64,000 bases of DNA. Origin: Octopus vulgaris. Lineage: Eukaryota. Positions 1-12,564 of this stretch are shown here, in pieces. Both the position numbers and the translations under genes were made by a program. The stretch spans positions 224,192,001 to 224,256,000 of the forward strand of contig OX597814.1 in NCBI GenBank assembly GCA_951406725.2, given 5' to 3'. Below the pieces are notes generated by a model. That model saw only the letters and a list, made by a program, of their open reading frames with translations, was not told the origin of the DNA and did no database searches. Each line of letters begins with the position of its first letter. Position 1 is the stretch's first letter.

Positions 1-169
1 GACACAGGAGGAAGGCGCGAGCCGCCTCTGACACCACACCAGATGCTACCTTCGTCTGTGGACACTGCACACGGACCTGCCTTTCCCATATCGGACTTGT
101 CAGTCATGAGCGTGCATGCACGCGACGTGGACAGCCTTCCTGATCTTCTTTCGCGAAGCCGAGCCATGA
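1..169 (+). mobile_element. 3' end of an RTE-clade LINE (C-terminal C2HC zinc finger, stop at 141-143, short 3' UTR) followed by a (CATA)n tail
   Basis: Frame starting at base 3 reads HRRKARAASDTTPDATFVCGHCTRTCLSHIGLVSHERACTRRGQPS*, matching the RTE C-terminal motif F.C..C.R.C.S.IGL.SH.R.C. It runs straight into a tetranucleotide tail. Confidence 0.8.
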
Positions 170-255
170 CATACATACATACATACATACATACATACAT
201 ACATACATACATACATACATACATACATACATACATACATACACACACAGACACA
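170..255. repeat. (CATA)n microsatellite, probably the RTE tail
   Basis: Direct reading. Confidence 0.95.
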
Positions 256-629
256 TGAAAATATAAATATTATTAAAATAGTAATATTATTATCCAACAA
301 AAAATAAACCAGAATATATAAAGCCGTGGTACATGAAGCATAATTATTGCTAGAAATAGCAGCCGGTAAGCTTTCGACGCTATTTTTTTCACCGAACTCG
401 GTTCTAATTATCACTGAATAAACAGGCAGAAATATAGTGGACCAGATTATGACCCGTCGTTGCCAGGTCATAGTGCTAGTGCATGTATATATGTATATAT
501 ATATATATATATGTGTACATATTACATGTACATCTATATATATACATCTACACATAAAATACAAAATACAAAGTTATATCTTGATATCGCTAGTGATAAC
601 AATACCCAAAATATATAACAGACTGACAT

Positions 630-1180
630 TGTAGGCCCGTCTCTTGCAATTTCGATCAATTGTATCTTGTCCTCCCTCTTGTATAGAAATGTGGCTACAA
701 TCCAGCCTACCTCTACTTCTGGGGGGACATTTTAAATTTTTATCCGGGACGTCCTACGTCCCAGATATAAAGGTAAAAATAAAATATTTCCATTTTGCAA
801 GGTTCAAGTCGAGTACTCCCTTGCACGCTCTGTTGACTCGAAACTTGCTTCTATTGTGGCGAATTTACCGCCTCTGGTTAGATATCTTTCATAGCCGCAC
901 CAAGAAACTTTTCGATGGTGCTTTCCTCCAGGTGTTCAAAATTTTTTTTCTCTACATTGTATACTTTATAGACAGTAGTATTTTCTTTAATTTAATTTTT
1001 TATTTCGTTTGGTGGTGTTATCCTAGATTCACCGTCTTTGTCGGTGATCAATCCGAAATAGGTTTGTATTTCTTCCATTTTAATTTTAATGAGTTCGCAC
1101 CCGCCGACGGCTGCAGCGAAATTCATTTTTGGACTTTCTTCTATCGAAGGCATTTTAACAAAGATGCTTCCGTATAAACA
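630..1180 (-). pseudogene. Degraded LINE (L1/Tx1-like) ORF1-type remnant
   Basis: Minus strand, with stops and frameshifts, gives ...GGKFATIEASFESTERAREY...LPLYLGRRTSRIKI*NVPPEVEVGWIVATFL..., resembling the RRM-like part of non-LTR ORF1 proteins. The + ORF 644-1177 is its antisense. Confidence 0.4.
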
Positions 1181-1819
1181 GTGAAAATATTGTCAATTTC
1201 CCCAAACAGGGACACAATTCAATTTTTAAACAATAACCAAAGCTCCTTCTCCCAAAGAGGGAGGGTTACAATTTACAATTATTTAACAAATGCAACACAA
1301 CAACGTTTCTCTTACGAAGAACCAACAAACTTGATAACAGTAATAGTGAAACAGTAATAGTAATAACAACAAACCTTACGGTGAATCAAAAAGCAGTACG
1401 CAGTTGAAGCTATAGTCCTTTATGTATAAGAAATAAACCAACAGCAGTACTCAATAGAAGCGAGACTTCATATAGATACTTAATGCTAGCTAATTAGCAG
1501 ATAATCTAATCTAAAAGCCGTGGTAAACGGTATGTGCACAGCTCCATCTGGACTATTCCATTTCTGCACACCAATTTTATTTTTAATTTATTCGCATTCA
1601 TGTGAAAGCACTTATTCAAGTTCAAGTCATTGATGCAATTTTATGCCAATTGCTATTTTTACTTTTGTTATGTTACGATTATATTATAGTTTAGTTTGAT
1701 TTTAATTATTACTTACTACATATAATTCAATTGTTATTATCTCTAATTCTTATTGTTAAAGTGAAAGTATCTGACATAAAATAGAGAAATGTTTTTGTTT
1801 CACTTTTAACACGTAATAC

Positions 1820-2147
1820 TGAAATAGTGGAGAAGATATGATATTGCTATGGGCTCGCCCTAGGCAAGAAGTTGAACATTTTTTTACCATGAAAGTACAT
1901 GGACCCTAAGTAAGGCATGTGTAAAATTTGAATAAAATTGGTTGTGTAGTTCTCAAGTTTTAGGGAATCGTAGTGGAGAAGATATGATATTGCTGTGGAT
2001 TCGCCCTAGGCAAAAAGATAAAACTTTTTTTGCCGATGACACTCCCCAGACCCTAAGTAAGGCATGTGTAAAATTTGAATGAAATTGGTTGTGTAGTTCT
2101 GAAGTTTTAGGGAAACACACAGACAGACAGACAGACACACATTCTCA

Positions 2148-2160
<13 letters not shown>
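1820..2160 (-). mobile_element. Non-autonomous Helitron-like fragment (5' end) with an internal ~145-bp direct duplication
   Basis: End reads (ACAG)n-CACATTCTCAGTTTTATATATA, like the 5' ends of the Helitrons at 5786, 16741 and 23842. Segment 1826-1965 is repeated at about 1971-2112. Confidence 0.5.
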
Positions 2161-2191
<31 letters not shown>

Positions 2192-2945
2192 CATATATAT
2201 ATCTACATACATGTGTGTGTATGTGTGTATGTATAGATCGTTCGATCGATAGATAGATAGATAGATACACACACATACAAATATATATGTGAGAGTATGT
2301 ATATGTATACATATACATATACACATATAAAAGTGTATATATATATATATATGTGTGTGGTTGAGTGTGCGTGCGTGCGCGTCTGTGTGTGTGTGTGTGC
2401 TTTTCGAGAGAATATTTGCTATTATATACAAACATGAATGGAAGGCATTTCAACACAAGCAGGAATGTAGAATGTCTGATATACTGTACCATTTAAGATA
2501 ATATTTTTGTTTATAGCTGTTGCCTTTTGTTTTTTCTACTTTTTTTTTCACAAAGTTAGTAGCAGTTTTGTATTATTGTTCAGCTACGTCGGTTAACAGT
2601 TATCTGGATGAATAATGTTTAGATAATTGTATAATTGTTTGTTTCATACGAGCACATTTCGATATACAACACAAACACACACCCATACGTAAGATTGTGT
2701 GTGTGTTTCTGTGTGTCTGTGTGTGTGTCTATGTATGCATGCATGTATGCATGCATGTATGTATGTATATATTTATGTATGTATGTATGTATGTATGTAT
2801 GTATGTATGTATGTATGTATGTGTGATCCAGTCTGACTTGTCTGTTAAAAACGGTTGCACGACACGGAAACTCCTTAGCAGCAGCCCAAGGGAATGGTCT
2901 ACATACATACATACATACATACATACATACATACATACATACATT

Positions 2946-3176
2946 GTGACCTCTTTCGGTGATGAATGACCATGGGATTGCACCTAGAACGTAGTTCTCG
3001 GGGAGATTCAGTGTGACACAGAGTGTGACAAGACTGGCCCTTTGAAATACATGTACAACAGAAACAGGAAGAAAGAGTGAGAGAAAGTTGTGGTGAAAGG
3101 GTACAGCAGGGTTTACCACCACTCCCTGCCGGAGACCGCGAGTCCGCTGCCCTAACCACTGGGCCATTACGCCTCC
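2946..3176 (-). mobile_element. tRNA-derived SINE, family B (head GGAGGCG..TGGC..AGTGGTTAGGG)
   Basis: Reverse strand begins GGAGGCGTAATGGCCCAGTGGTTAGGGCAGCGGACTCGCGG (A box). Body shared with 9880-10184 and 36500-36820; tail shared with 31222. Confidence 0.8.
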
Positions 3177-3227
3177 GCTACATACACTCATACATACATA
3201 CATACATGCATGCATGCATGCATGCAT

Positions 3228-3228
3228 G

Positions 3229-3308
<80 letters not shown>

Positions 3309-3309
3309 C
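3228..3309. repeat. (GGCA)n microsatellite
   Basis: Direct reading. Confidence 0.95.
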
Positions 3310-3319
3310 CATGACTAGG

Positions 3320-4700
3320 CCTTGTACACTATCTGTGAATTCTCATTTGTACCTATTCTCATTGGTACATTAGGTGATGTACCAACAAGTTAGTACAAAA
3401 CCTAGAAATACTCGGTTTCACGGACAAAAAGCATAGCTTTTATTTTGTTGTGAAACTACAAGTATTTTGGAGGGGCTGAGAATGTCAGGTATGTTGGACC
3501 CATCAATGAGGAGGGGTCAGGGGCAAAATCTCAAACGAGAAAAAAGTATGATCTGAACTCTCAGTATACAACAACCATCTCGCCAACAACACCTTTGCAG
3601 TGCCTATCCCACATCGGGCTTTTTTAAACTACTCGCTGCATGAGCTCAACGAGGTAGGCATACGAACAGTGTGAATGGAAACCCTGACGTCAGAGATGTT
3701 GACAGGTTATACTTCCCACGTAAGGATGATGACCGAGATTTTAGATCTATCTTTATGTTATATGGAACTCATATTGTAGTACTGAAGTAAAATCTGCAAC
3801 AGAAAAAACGGGCCAGTAGCTATCTTGCCCAAGTTTGCGAGCACAAAAACATAATTAGGACAGTTAATGAACTTGAGGAGAGACATGTAGTAAGAATTGA
3901 TGCAAACATCTCAAGGAACGTTAAAATGTTTTGTCTAACACGGCAACGAAATAAAAAGAAGTGTGCTTGGGGCTTTCGCCCCAAGCACATAGAGGGAATA
4001 AATCACGTTAACAAGTTTAGCGTGGAGAACCAACAAATTTATATCATCCCACTTTGAAGGCTACCTCCATGCAATTCAAGAACAAGACATCTCCACCTAG
4101 AACCTGCAGTATAAGAGGCAGAAAACATTGATGGACAGCAAAGGTAGGCTGTGCAAAATTAAAGCTGAAGACAGCAACTATATTTCTTGCCAACTGCGCG
4201 AGAATGGCTGCTGGGTATTATCTTTCCAAGAGGCGTCGCTTGGTGCCAGAACAATTTGGAACAGAAAAGAAAAAAATGCAGAAAATACCAGCTGATAAAG
4301 ATGAGTATATTGAGAGCGGGGGGTCAATTTTAAAACATCTACCAAATTAAAATACAACTGACCAGATATTGCTCTGTAGGACTAAAAGAAAATAATGCTC
4401 TGTTGTAGAATTCAGCAATCCTCTGGGCAGCAATGTGATCAGAAAACTAAGGAGAAAGACAATACCTATGAACCAATGATAAGGAGTTTACGAATCCAAG
4501 ATCCAAGATACACTTTCAGTTTCATACCTATTATTATTAGAGCAACAAGATATGTACCAACCCGGCTGGAGCAAAGTATGGCTGTAGTTGGATTTTGGAA
4601 GAGGAAATGCATCTCCATAATTCATATGCTATAGATAACACGATATAAGGGGAAAACACAATATTTGTATGACTTTTTTGAAATTGAAAAAAAGGTGAGC
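3320..4700 (+). mobile_element. Degraded R4/Dong-like non-LTR retrotransposon (RT C-terminus, CCHC finger, restriction-like endonuclease)
   Basis: Colinear decayed motifs: SELS.YN...NTFAVP (~3555-3605), DVDRLYFPRKDDDR (~3695-3735), SHFEGYLHAIQEQDIST (~4045-4095), SKGRLCK..AED (~4135), N*PDI (~4355), VEFSNP..EK..Y (~4405-4470), FIPIIIRAT.YVP (~4520-4560). Confidence 0.75.
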
Positions 4701-4879
4701 AAGATGGTTTCCTTTACAAGCTTACTACCAAGCAGGTGGTCGGTCGATATTAATTCTAAATAATAAAAGAGTAAATGAAAACATACAAACATGCAAACAT
4801 ACTTACATGCATACATAGATACATACATACGCGTACACACTCACACACACACACACACACGCACACACACATGCATATA

Positions 4880-5252
4880 TGCCGAAGATTTTCTATTTTG
4901 GATATATTTGGGGTACTTCGGTCTTCTCAGGACTTGGTGTTTGCTTTTTCCATAGGTATGAGTAAGTATTTCACTTAAATCTCGCGTATTTGCCGCTGAA
5001 GAGGAGAAAATTCTTATGGATTAACGCCGAAATTGGTCCAATACGGTAATAAAGAATTTTTTAGAAATTTCTATCGGTTTGTTTCGAGACGCATAAATTA
5101 TAATGGTTAATTGACAATTTTTGTCTTTTTTTCGGCATATTTGGCATTAGAATTTTTCTTTTGCCCTTATATTGTGAATTATTTATAAATCTAACCTTTA
5201 AAGGTATTTTTTGATATGCTGGCCATTGATGAAATTTTTTATCCTACATTAG

Positions 5253-5255
<3 letters not shown>
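4880..5255 (+). mobile_element. Short PLE-derived element carrying a hammerhead motif; homolog at 42798-43028 (-)
   Basis: Shares TTCGGCATATTTGGCATTAGAA..TTTGCCCTTAT and GGTAATAA..GAATT..TTAGAAATTTCT.TCGG with the 42.8-43.0 kb copy; flanked by (CA)n and (TA)n. Confidence 0.6.
4985..5045 (+). ncRNA. Degraded minimal hammerhead ribozyme motif
   Basis: CGTATT..CTGAAGA-GG...CC-GAAA-TTGGTC-CAATACG; CGTATT/AATACG can pair as stem I. Confidence 0.45.
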
Positions 5256-5284
<29 letters not shown>

Positions 5285-5785
5285 CAAAGTAAAGACTTAC
5301 TTTGGACAAGGCTGCATGGCGTTCGATTATAAATAAATAAATATAAAATACATCAAGTACAGGATATCACCAACGAGTGAAAAATACATAAGCACACGAG
5401 AGATAAGTACAGGACACAATGCCAAAAAAATTACAAATGTCACATGAGTTAAATTCGACCCTGCACAAATACATATATTGATGCATACCTGCATCCATAC
5501 ATCCATATATATATATTATAATAATAATGAGTATAACTCCAAACTTACAGCGAAAAATTCAATTTAGTATTAAATCAAATTTCACAATATAAATATATAA
5601 AATATAAATTAGAGATAGAACCACTAATTATGCATATAGTTATTAATATAATATTTAGAAAATTTGCCTCTAAGGTTTTTATTTTCGAGCTGACCTCCTT
5701 ATAAAATCATGAATGATTTTATCCGTTATAATATAATATAAAATAATATAATATAATATGATATATATATATATATATATATATA

Positions 5786-6177
5786 CCAGCAGTATCGCCC
5801 GGCGTTGCTCGGGTTTGTAAGGGAACTAACTATATAAGCATTTTTAGAGATGTAAAGTATAATAGCCATCTCAATATGGCTAACCACAAAGGGGGGTGTT
5901 ACTGTAGCTTTTTACGTTCTGAGATTTAATAATATATTTTTAGAGAGTTACCTCCCTTATATAATAGCAACAAAATGCATTAAAAATGGGAAAAAATTAT
6001 GGTAATTTTTTTTTTAATCGTAGACTCATCGTAGACGCGCGCTAATACCCAGAAGGGCTCGATATGAATCACGACTATAAGATACCCGCTTTTGGTTACA
6101 CTGCACCGCAAAATGTGGGAGTAGTTAGGAATCTAAATCGTAGGAGACAGACACAACTTCACTTTTATATATAAAGA
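5786..6177 (-). mobile_element. Non-autonomous Helitron (~390 bp)
   Basis: Minus strand 5' TC..., subterminal hairpin CCCGAGCAACGCCGGG, CTGG 3' end, inserted between A and T; near-identical to 16741-17134. Confidence 0.85.
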
Positions 6178-6273
6178 TATATATACATACATACATGCAT
6201 ACATATACATACATACATGCATACATGCATACATATACATACATACATACATACATACATACATACATACATA

Positions 6274-6435
6274 CGAGGGGGTATTGAAAAGTTCCTGGTT
6301 TTACAGGGCTTAGAAAAATTGAAGTACCGCTGCAATAAGTGTGTGAATCTGAGAAGAGAACAGGTTGAATAAAATCATAATTAACTGATCATCCTGTATT
6401 TTTTCCAAAGCCAAAAACTTTTCAACACTCCCTTG
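6274..6435 (+). mobile_element. Mariner-derived MITE (internally deleted)
   Basis: TA-CGAGGGGGTATTGAAAAGTT ... AACTTTTCAACACTCCCTTG-TA inverted termini. Retains the mariner C-terminus GLEKLKYRCNKCVNLRREQVE*. Confidence 0.8.
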
Positions 6436-6743
6436 TATATATAGCATTCGCTATTTTCCTCTCGTTCTGGTCCAGCAGTCCTCCATGTTTGTTTTCATTC
6501 GGTTTCCTTGTATGTCTCCACTGTCCTATTTTTGTTACCAACTTTGACCCTCCATAAATCGTAAATTTTATTTTAGAATTTATGAAAACTTATATTGTCG
6601 TTGAATACTCGAAATGAGGAATAGATAGACAGCCGGCAACTGATGAAGGGTTCTTTCTCTGTGTTTACTTGTCCTGTTCCCAATTTTCCCTCATTTACGA
6701 ATTTCATGTTGTTTGAACCGTTGGTGACGTCCCGTACCCATAT

Positions 6744-6960
6744 ATGCTGGTCGACCGGTTCACTGAACAGAGATGTTCGGCTACGCACGAAAGACCCGTC
6801 GACCGCCATTTCTGCTTGGCCCCTAACTTCCCCTCTAATATCACCGTCTCTGGCCTCGCCCTGCACCACGGATCTTCACACTCGCGACTGTTACTCGAAA
6901 ATGTAACAGCGTTACATTTTCAATCTACAAACACATATTGCTTTCAGACTCAACACGACA
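6744..6960 (+). pseudogene. Penelope-like element GIY-YIG endonuclease C-terminal fragment
   Basis: LVDRFTEQR...PVDRHF...NITVSGL...SRLLLE matches the PLE EN pattern L..Rf.EH...pva.HF...v.gl...R...E; a hammerhead-bearing terminal repeat follows at ~7525-7670. Confidence 0.65.
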
Positions 6961-7584
6961 CCCTCCTCTTAACGACTATCTCTACAAAAAACAACTTTTT
7001 ATTTTATTTTATTCTATCTTATTTCAGTTCATCTTATTTTATCCTGCCATTATACCCACTTACTTTTTAACACTGTTTGCCCTTCTCGATTTATTATCAT
7101 TTTCTTTCTGTCGTATTGTTTAACTTTTTAATTGCGTTATTTTTATAATTGTATTAATTTCTATTTTATCCCTTTAATTTTTATTATTTTTCATTTTATT
7201 ATTATTCTTTTTCTTTTTATTTTTTATCTTGCATCTACTCATTTTTGTAAAAAAAAATTTTACATCTTGAAACCTATTCCAATTTTTCCCTCGTTATTTA
7301 TCAATCTTATTTTATTATATTTTATTTTATTTCTATATACACGCACACATACATACACACATACGAAAAAATACACGCACCCGCGCACACACATGAACGC
7401 ACACACACACAGACTTGCGCGCACGCACATACACATACACACACATATATCCTTCTCTTACACTCTGCTCTATTAGAAAGAACTTCTTCTTCACCCATTC
7501 CCTTCCGGTTATTTCAAAATGTAACCACATGTGAATCGTTGGCGATTTTCTTCCTCCGTCTTCCTTTCTATTGGACTTTCCTCT

Positions 7585-7620
7585 GTGTCTGAAGAAGAAC
7601 GTCTGCTCGAAACGTTAAAC
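7585..7620 (+). ncRNA. Minimal hammerhead motif, extra-A family, in a PLE terminal repeat (~7525-7670)
   Basis: GTGT-CTGAAGA-A-GAAC-GTCT-GCTC-GAAAC-GTT-AAAC; homologs at 34935, 40259, 58444. Confidence 0.55.
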
Positions 7621-8131
7621 CATCTTTCCATCCTTCTCTGAGCGTCTGCAAATTCTTTACATTATTGGCAATATTGCTTAAAATGTTATCTACAGGAAGC
7701 AGTGACTTAACGTCATACCAAATATACATTAGAGGTAGAGTGTATCTAAAACTTTAAAAGATTACATGTGGAACATTCCAACAAAAACAGGAAGAACACC
7801 AGTATTGTTCTGATTTTGGTCTATGAGACGAGGAACAACGGTCCTGTACTTATATAAACGCCAGCCTTCCAGCGGATATGAAAGTATCACCTGAAGTTAT
7901 GAAATAAGAGAACATCTACGTGAACTAAAGCGGAACTTACAGCCGTTGCATCCACGTTTATAGATATTCATTCGCAATCATTATCATAAAGGCATTGGAC
8001 TATGTGACATTATAATCTTTGGAAAAAGAAAAAAGCAAACTTTCAAGAGAAGAAGAAATCAAACTAGGGCATGCCAAACTTCTGAGTTTAATGTAGGATA
8101 AAATGCGTGTATAGACGTGTATACGTGTGTG

Positions 8132-8210
8132 TATGTATGTATGTATGTATGTATGTATGTATGTATGTATGTATGTATGTATGTATGTATGTATGTATGT
8201 ATGTATGTAT
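8132..8210. repeat. (TATG)n microsatellite
   Basis: Direct reading. Confidence 0.95.
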
Positions 8211-8328
8211 GCATGAGTGTGTGCCTGTGCGTATGTTTGTAAGTATGCGGATGTATGTGCATATGCACAGAACGTTAAACTCGAATAAGCTGCGTATGCA
8301 AAAAATTCAGGTATACATTAATCCATGT

Positions 8329-8580
8329 GGAGGCGCGTGGCTTAGTGGTTAGGGTGTCAGAACTATGATCATAAGATTGCGGTTTCGATTCCTGGACCGG
8401 GCGACGCGTTCTGTTCTTGAGCAAAACACTTCATTTCAAGTTGCTCCAGTCCACTCAGCTGGCAAAAATGAGTAATGCTGCGATGGACTGGCGTCCAGTC
8501 CAGCTGGGGAACACATACGCCATAGAAACCGGGAAACTGGGCCCATGAGCCTGGCTAGGCTTTAAAAGGGCGCATTTATT
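8329..8580 (+). mobile_element. tRNA-derived SINE, family B
   Basis: A box TGGCTTAGTGG, B box GGTTTCGATTCC, body CTTGAGCAAAACACTTCATTTCA..TTGCTCCAGT shared with 36500 and 31222. Confidence 0.85.
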
Positions 8581-9024
8581 TGTTTTTATTATGCATTAAT
8601 CCATACATACACACACACACACAAACAAAACGTATAGAGAAGTAAATTGAAATTGTGAATGAAAATGAAAAACAAGCATGTCGGATATGTTTTTTTGACC
8701 TTTTCTTCTCTCTCTCTCTTGGAACAACATACCATCAACGTAACGAAGTATCTTCTAATCCTAGACATTACCAAAATTGAGAAATAGGATTCTCTTTCCA
8801 TATAAGGAACTGATACTTATCTATTCCCAGCCACTTGTATTTCAATTCTTAATAATCTCCATCTCATCTTGAAAAATCATCAGCTCGCTTTATTTAAAAA
8901 CATTCCCTCGTCAGATAAACCTTCAGGCTTTGCAAGTCACTACTATTTCCTTTTTAGCTCTTTTTTTATATATATTACAACTGACATTTACAAGAATGTC
9001 GAATGATGGCAGTAGAGGTGAAGG

Positions 9025-9196
<172 letters not shown>

Positions 9197-9583
9197 CGTC
9201 CACTGACGCAAACGGTCGTTGTGTCTCCCCCATTATCAAATTCTCCCATATGCCACAATACTGATAAAGGTAAACCACCATTCATTTATGAGACGCAATT
9301 TCGATTCTCGGTTAGGGCTACTTTGATCGTATTGTTTATCTTTTAATCCAGGAGGAAGGGTGATTTCCCACATTCACTTACAGGGTCTCGAAAAACTGGT
9401 GAAAACGTGGGATGCGGGTAAGGATAGTTGTCCTCAGAGCAGAAACCTGTTTCAAGTGCTTGCAACAAAGTCAATTCCGCAAAAGTATACTCAATGGCAA
9501 AGTGGTAATTACTAAACCGGTTGACAGATTAGAACTACCATCTACATTACGTCTTCAACATGTTGACAGTATTTAACCGTCTT

Positions 9584-9800
9584 AGCTGGTGATCTAACAG
9601 AATCGTCAGCACGCCGGGCAAAATGCTTAGCGGCATTTTGTCCATTTATACGTTCTGAGTCCAAATTCCACTAAGGTTGACTTTGCCTTTCATCCATTCG
9701 GGTTAATGAAATAAATACCAGTGGAGTATTTGAATCGATGTAATCTACTTAACCTCTGCCTCGAACTTGTTGGCCTTGTGGTAACATTTGAAACCAATAT
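9584..9800 (+). mobile_element. tRNA-derived SINE, family A (GGCGGCGAGCTGGCAGAA head; GACTTTGCCTTTCATCC core), tail type ...AATTTGAAACCAATA
   Basis: Homologous to the other family A copies; TATTTAACC flanks both sides (TSD-like). Confidence 0.8.
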
Positions 9801-9879
9801 TTAACCTCCTACAGATGCAGCGTTGTCATCTCAAATGTAACGTCAGTATAGAGTGATCACTCAATATATGGCTGTGTCT

Positions 9880-10184
9880 TCATTGTTTGTTCCTTCTCGA
9901 GCCATACCTGGCTCATAAGGGTCGGTTTCTCGGTTTCCTTGGCGTATAGGTTCTCCACCTGGACGGGACGCCAGTCCGTCGCAGGTGAGTTGCAAGATGC
10001 AGGAGGAAAGAGTGAGAGAAAGTTGTGGCAAAAGAGTCAGCAGAAGTTCGCCATTACCTTCTGCCGGAGCCGCGTGGAGCTTAGGTGTTTCGCTTATAAA
10101 CACACACATCGTCCGGCCTGAGATTTGAACCCGCGAACCCTCGACCGCGAGTCCGCTGCTCTAACCACTAGGCTATGTGCCTCC
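9880..10184 (-). mobile_element. tRNA-derived SINE, family B
   Basis: Reverse GGAGGCACATAGCCTAGTGGTTAGAGCAGCGGACTCGCGGTCGAGGGTTCGCGGGTTCAAATCTC (A and B boxes). Confidence 0.85.
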
Positions 10185-10816
10185 AAACTGTGTCTTCATG
10201 ACTAGTGTTAATTTGAATCTCTGGTCTTGAATTATGTAAGCTTCTTCTGTCCTTCTTGTGTCCTTTTTTCAGATTCAAAGAGAAATTTGGAAACTGAGCC
10301 CTCTCAGCTAACAAAACGTTTTCCTCAATATTACGTAATACATAATTTTTACCTCTTTAATGAAACAAGCTGAACCCGTGTGCATGTGTGTGTGCCTGTG
10401 TGTGTGTGAGTGTGTGTGTGTGTGTGTTTGTGAGTGAGTGTGTGTGTGTGTGTGCGTGTGAATGTGAAATTGTTATATATAATTGCTTTTTCCTTTGCTT
10501 CTAATTATTTCCAGTCAACTTTTTTTTTCATGCTCAATTATTCATAACCCGCTGTATATTGGTAATGTAATAATTAGTGTCTGGTTATCAACCTTATAAA
10601 CTTATGTAAATGAGTTATGTCAAGTGTAATATTGTTTATATTTTAATAACTCTTCATTACTGACATTCAGTAGCCTGGAAAGGGGGAGGGAACGAATTCT
10701 TATGAGCCGTAAAAACATCGGGACTTGTCGGTTCGAGGCAAACTGCCGAAAAAATATCTTGTGATGCAAGCCAGAGGTCCGGTTTTACTGTGACGTCAAA
10801 TATATGAGGAATTACT

Positions 10817-10865
<49 letters not shown>

Positions 10866-10869
<4 letters not shown>

Positions 10870-11000
10870 TGTTGGCAAGCCTTCTCAGTCTCCTGGGTCT
10901 GAGTTCAGTCCCACTGCATGATACCTTGGCCAGGTGTTTTCCACTACAGCCTTGAGCCAACCCAAGCTTTCTGAGATGATTTGGTATGCGGGAACCGTCG

Positions 11001-11073
<73 letters not shown>

Positions 11074-11172
11074 GTTTGTCTGTCTGTGGTTGTCCACTCA
11101 CACTGCTTGACAACCGGTGAGTGAGGAACAAACTGATAGAATAGGTAGCAAGCTTTAAAAAATAAGTACTGG
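10866..11172 (+). mobile_element. Degraded SINE family C with internal (ATCT)n
   Basis: GTTCAGTCCCACTGC..ACCTTGG head; GCTTGACAACCG and ATAGAATA.GTA tail pieces. Confidence 0.65.
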
Positions 11173-11234
11173 ACTCAAGAACACAATAAACAGTCCGGTC
11201 CGGGAAACGAACTCAGTACTTCATGATTGTGAGC

Positions 11235-11363
11235 CCGACATCCTGCAATAAATAATAAATGTGTGAATCTGAGAGGGGAACATGTTCAATAAAATCATTA
11301 TAAACCAATCTTCCTGCATTTTCTTTGACCCCAAACCAGGAACATTTCAACCCCCCCACCTCG
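11235..11363 (+). mobile_element. Right end of the mariner-derived family seen at 6274
   Basis: AATAAATGTGTGAATCTGAGAGGGGAACATGTT...GGAAC.TTTCAAC..CCTCG-TA. Confidence 0.7.
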
Positions 11364-11863
11364 TATATCTGTATAAGTACTAAAGTGAAGGAATCCCTAT
11401 AAACTGTAAAAACAGCGTAATTGGTCGATTGGAGGCAAGCTGCCGAAAATATGTTATGGTCTAAGCAAGGGATCAAATTTCAGTGTGAGACCAAATTTCA
11501 GCGTAAATATTTAGGGCGTTGGGGCCCATGACCGCCATTACTTGTTGGTATGGTACAGGAAAAACAGCATGTATACAGTTATATTGTAATATGAATACAA
11601 ATGCTATTGGGTTCTTTTCGAATTGAAGTAATTGTGCACATTAGCGTCTAGCAAGCAATTGCTTCTAGTTGTTGTTGCTTTTGTTGATGTTAGGTCCTGG
11701 GTGAGCTCTATATTTAGATGCTTTCTATCCGTGATCATCCCGGTATTTTTTTTTTCATACACAATGCATTACTCGAATTTTTATCTGTATTTTTAAAATT
11801 ATTTATTTATTTTTTCAAACTCCGTTGAATTTGCCTTTCATTCTTTCGGAGTCGATGAAATAA

Positions 11864-12350
11864 GGGATCTTTTCCTTTTGAACGGCACTTTGTAACATAA
11901 TTTCTAGGTAACTAAAAAGTTTTAAACTTCGTATAGTGGTAGAATGTGTTTATAAAACATCATTTTCTCTTGGCTTTATTGAGAAAATTCTATAGTTTGT
12001 AAGATATTTCGTTTGAAATTACTTGCATTTCGTCAATTTTAACCAATCACTGACGTCCATTTAGGTAAATAACATTCTGTGCATAATGAATATGTCCCTC
12101 ATTTAAGAAACAGATTGGGTTTATTTACATTTGTGAAAAAAAAAGGTACCCTTCCCCTACCCCTAACCCTAACTCTAACCCTAAATCTAAAATAGATCGA
12201 TACTAGGGTTATAATTATGGGTGACAATTTCATACGACACCGCTACGGAAAATGGGATTTTTTTCTAGCGGTGTCAAATGAAAATGTCACCCATAATTAT
12301 GGCTCTAGTATCGATCTATTGCATTTCAATCTATTTTAGATTTAGGGTAT
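11864..12350. mobile_element. MITE-like DNA element with internal (CCCTAA)n and a fold-back duplication; family of 63379
   Basis: 11864-12250 is highly similar to 63379-63770; 12256-12350 is an inverted copy of ~12170-12250. Confidence 0.7.
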
Positions 12351-12418
12351 TTTTTATTTCGATTTTGGGGACAAGATTCTCGATCAATTTCTCATTGTTG
12401 ATATTAAACCTAACGGCA

Positions 12419-12564
12419 AGGCGGCGAGCTAGCAGAATCGTCAGTGCGCCGGACAAAATGCTTAGCGGCATTTCGTCCGTCTTTACGCTCTGAGTTAGAC
12501 TTTGCCTTTCATCCTTTCATTCCTTCCCCTCGAAATTACTGGCCTTGTGCCAAAAGTTGAAACC
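12419..12564 (+). mobile_element. SINE family A with a 16-bp target-site duplication
   Basis: GATATTAAACCTAACG at 12400-12415 and 12565-12580. Confidence 0.85.

Noticed and set aside
644-1177. 177-aa plus-strand ORF
   Set aside because: No recognisable domain; better explained as the antisense of a decayed LINE ORF.
6630-6680. CTGATGA-AGGG possible hammerhead start
   Set aside because: No properly placed GAAA or stem III follows the candidate stem II.
8329-8400. tRNA-like sequences with A and B boxes
   Set aside because: They continue into shared SINE bodies and lack a complete cloverleaf; these are SINE heads, not tRNA genes.
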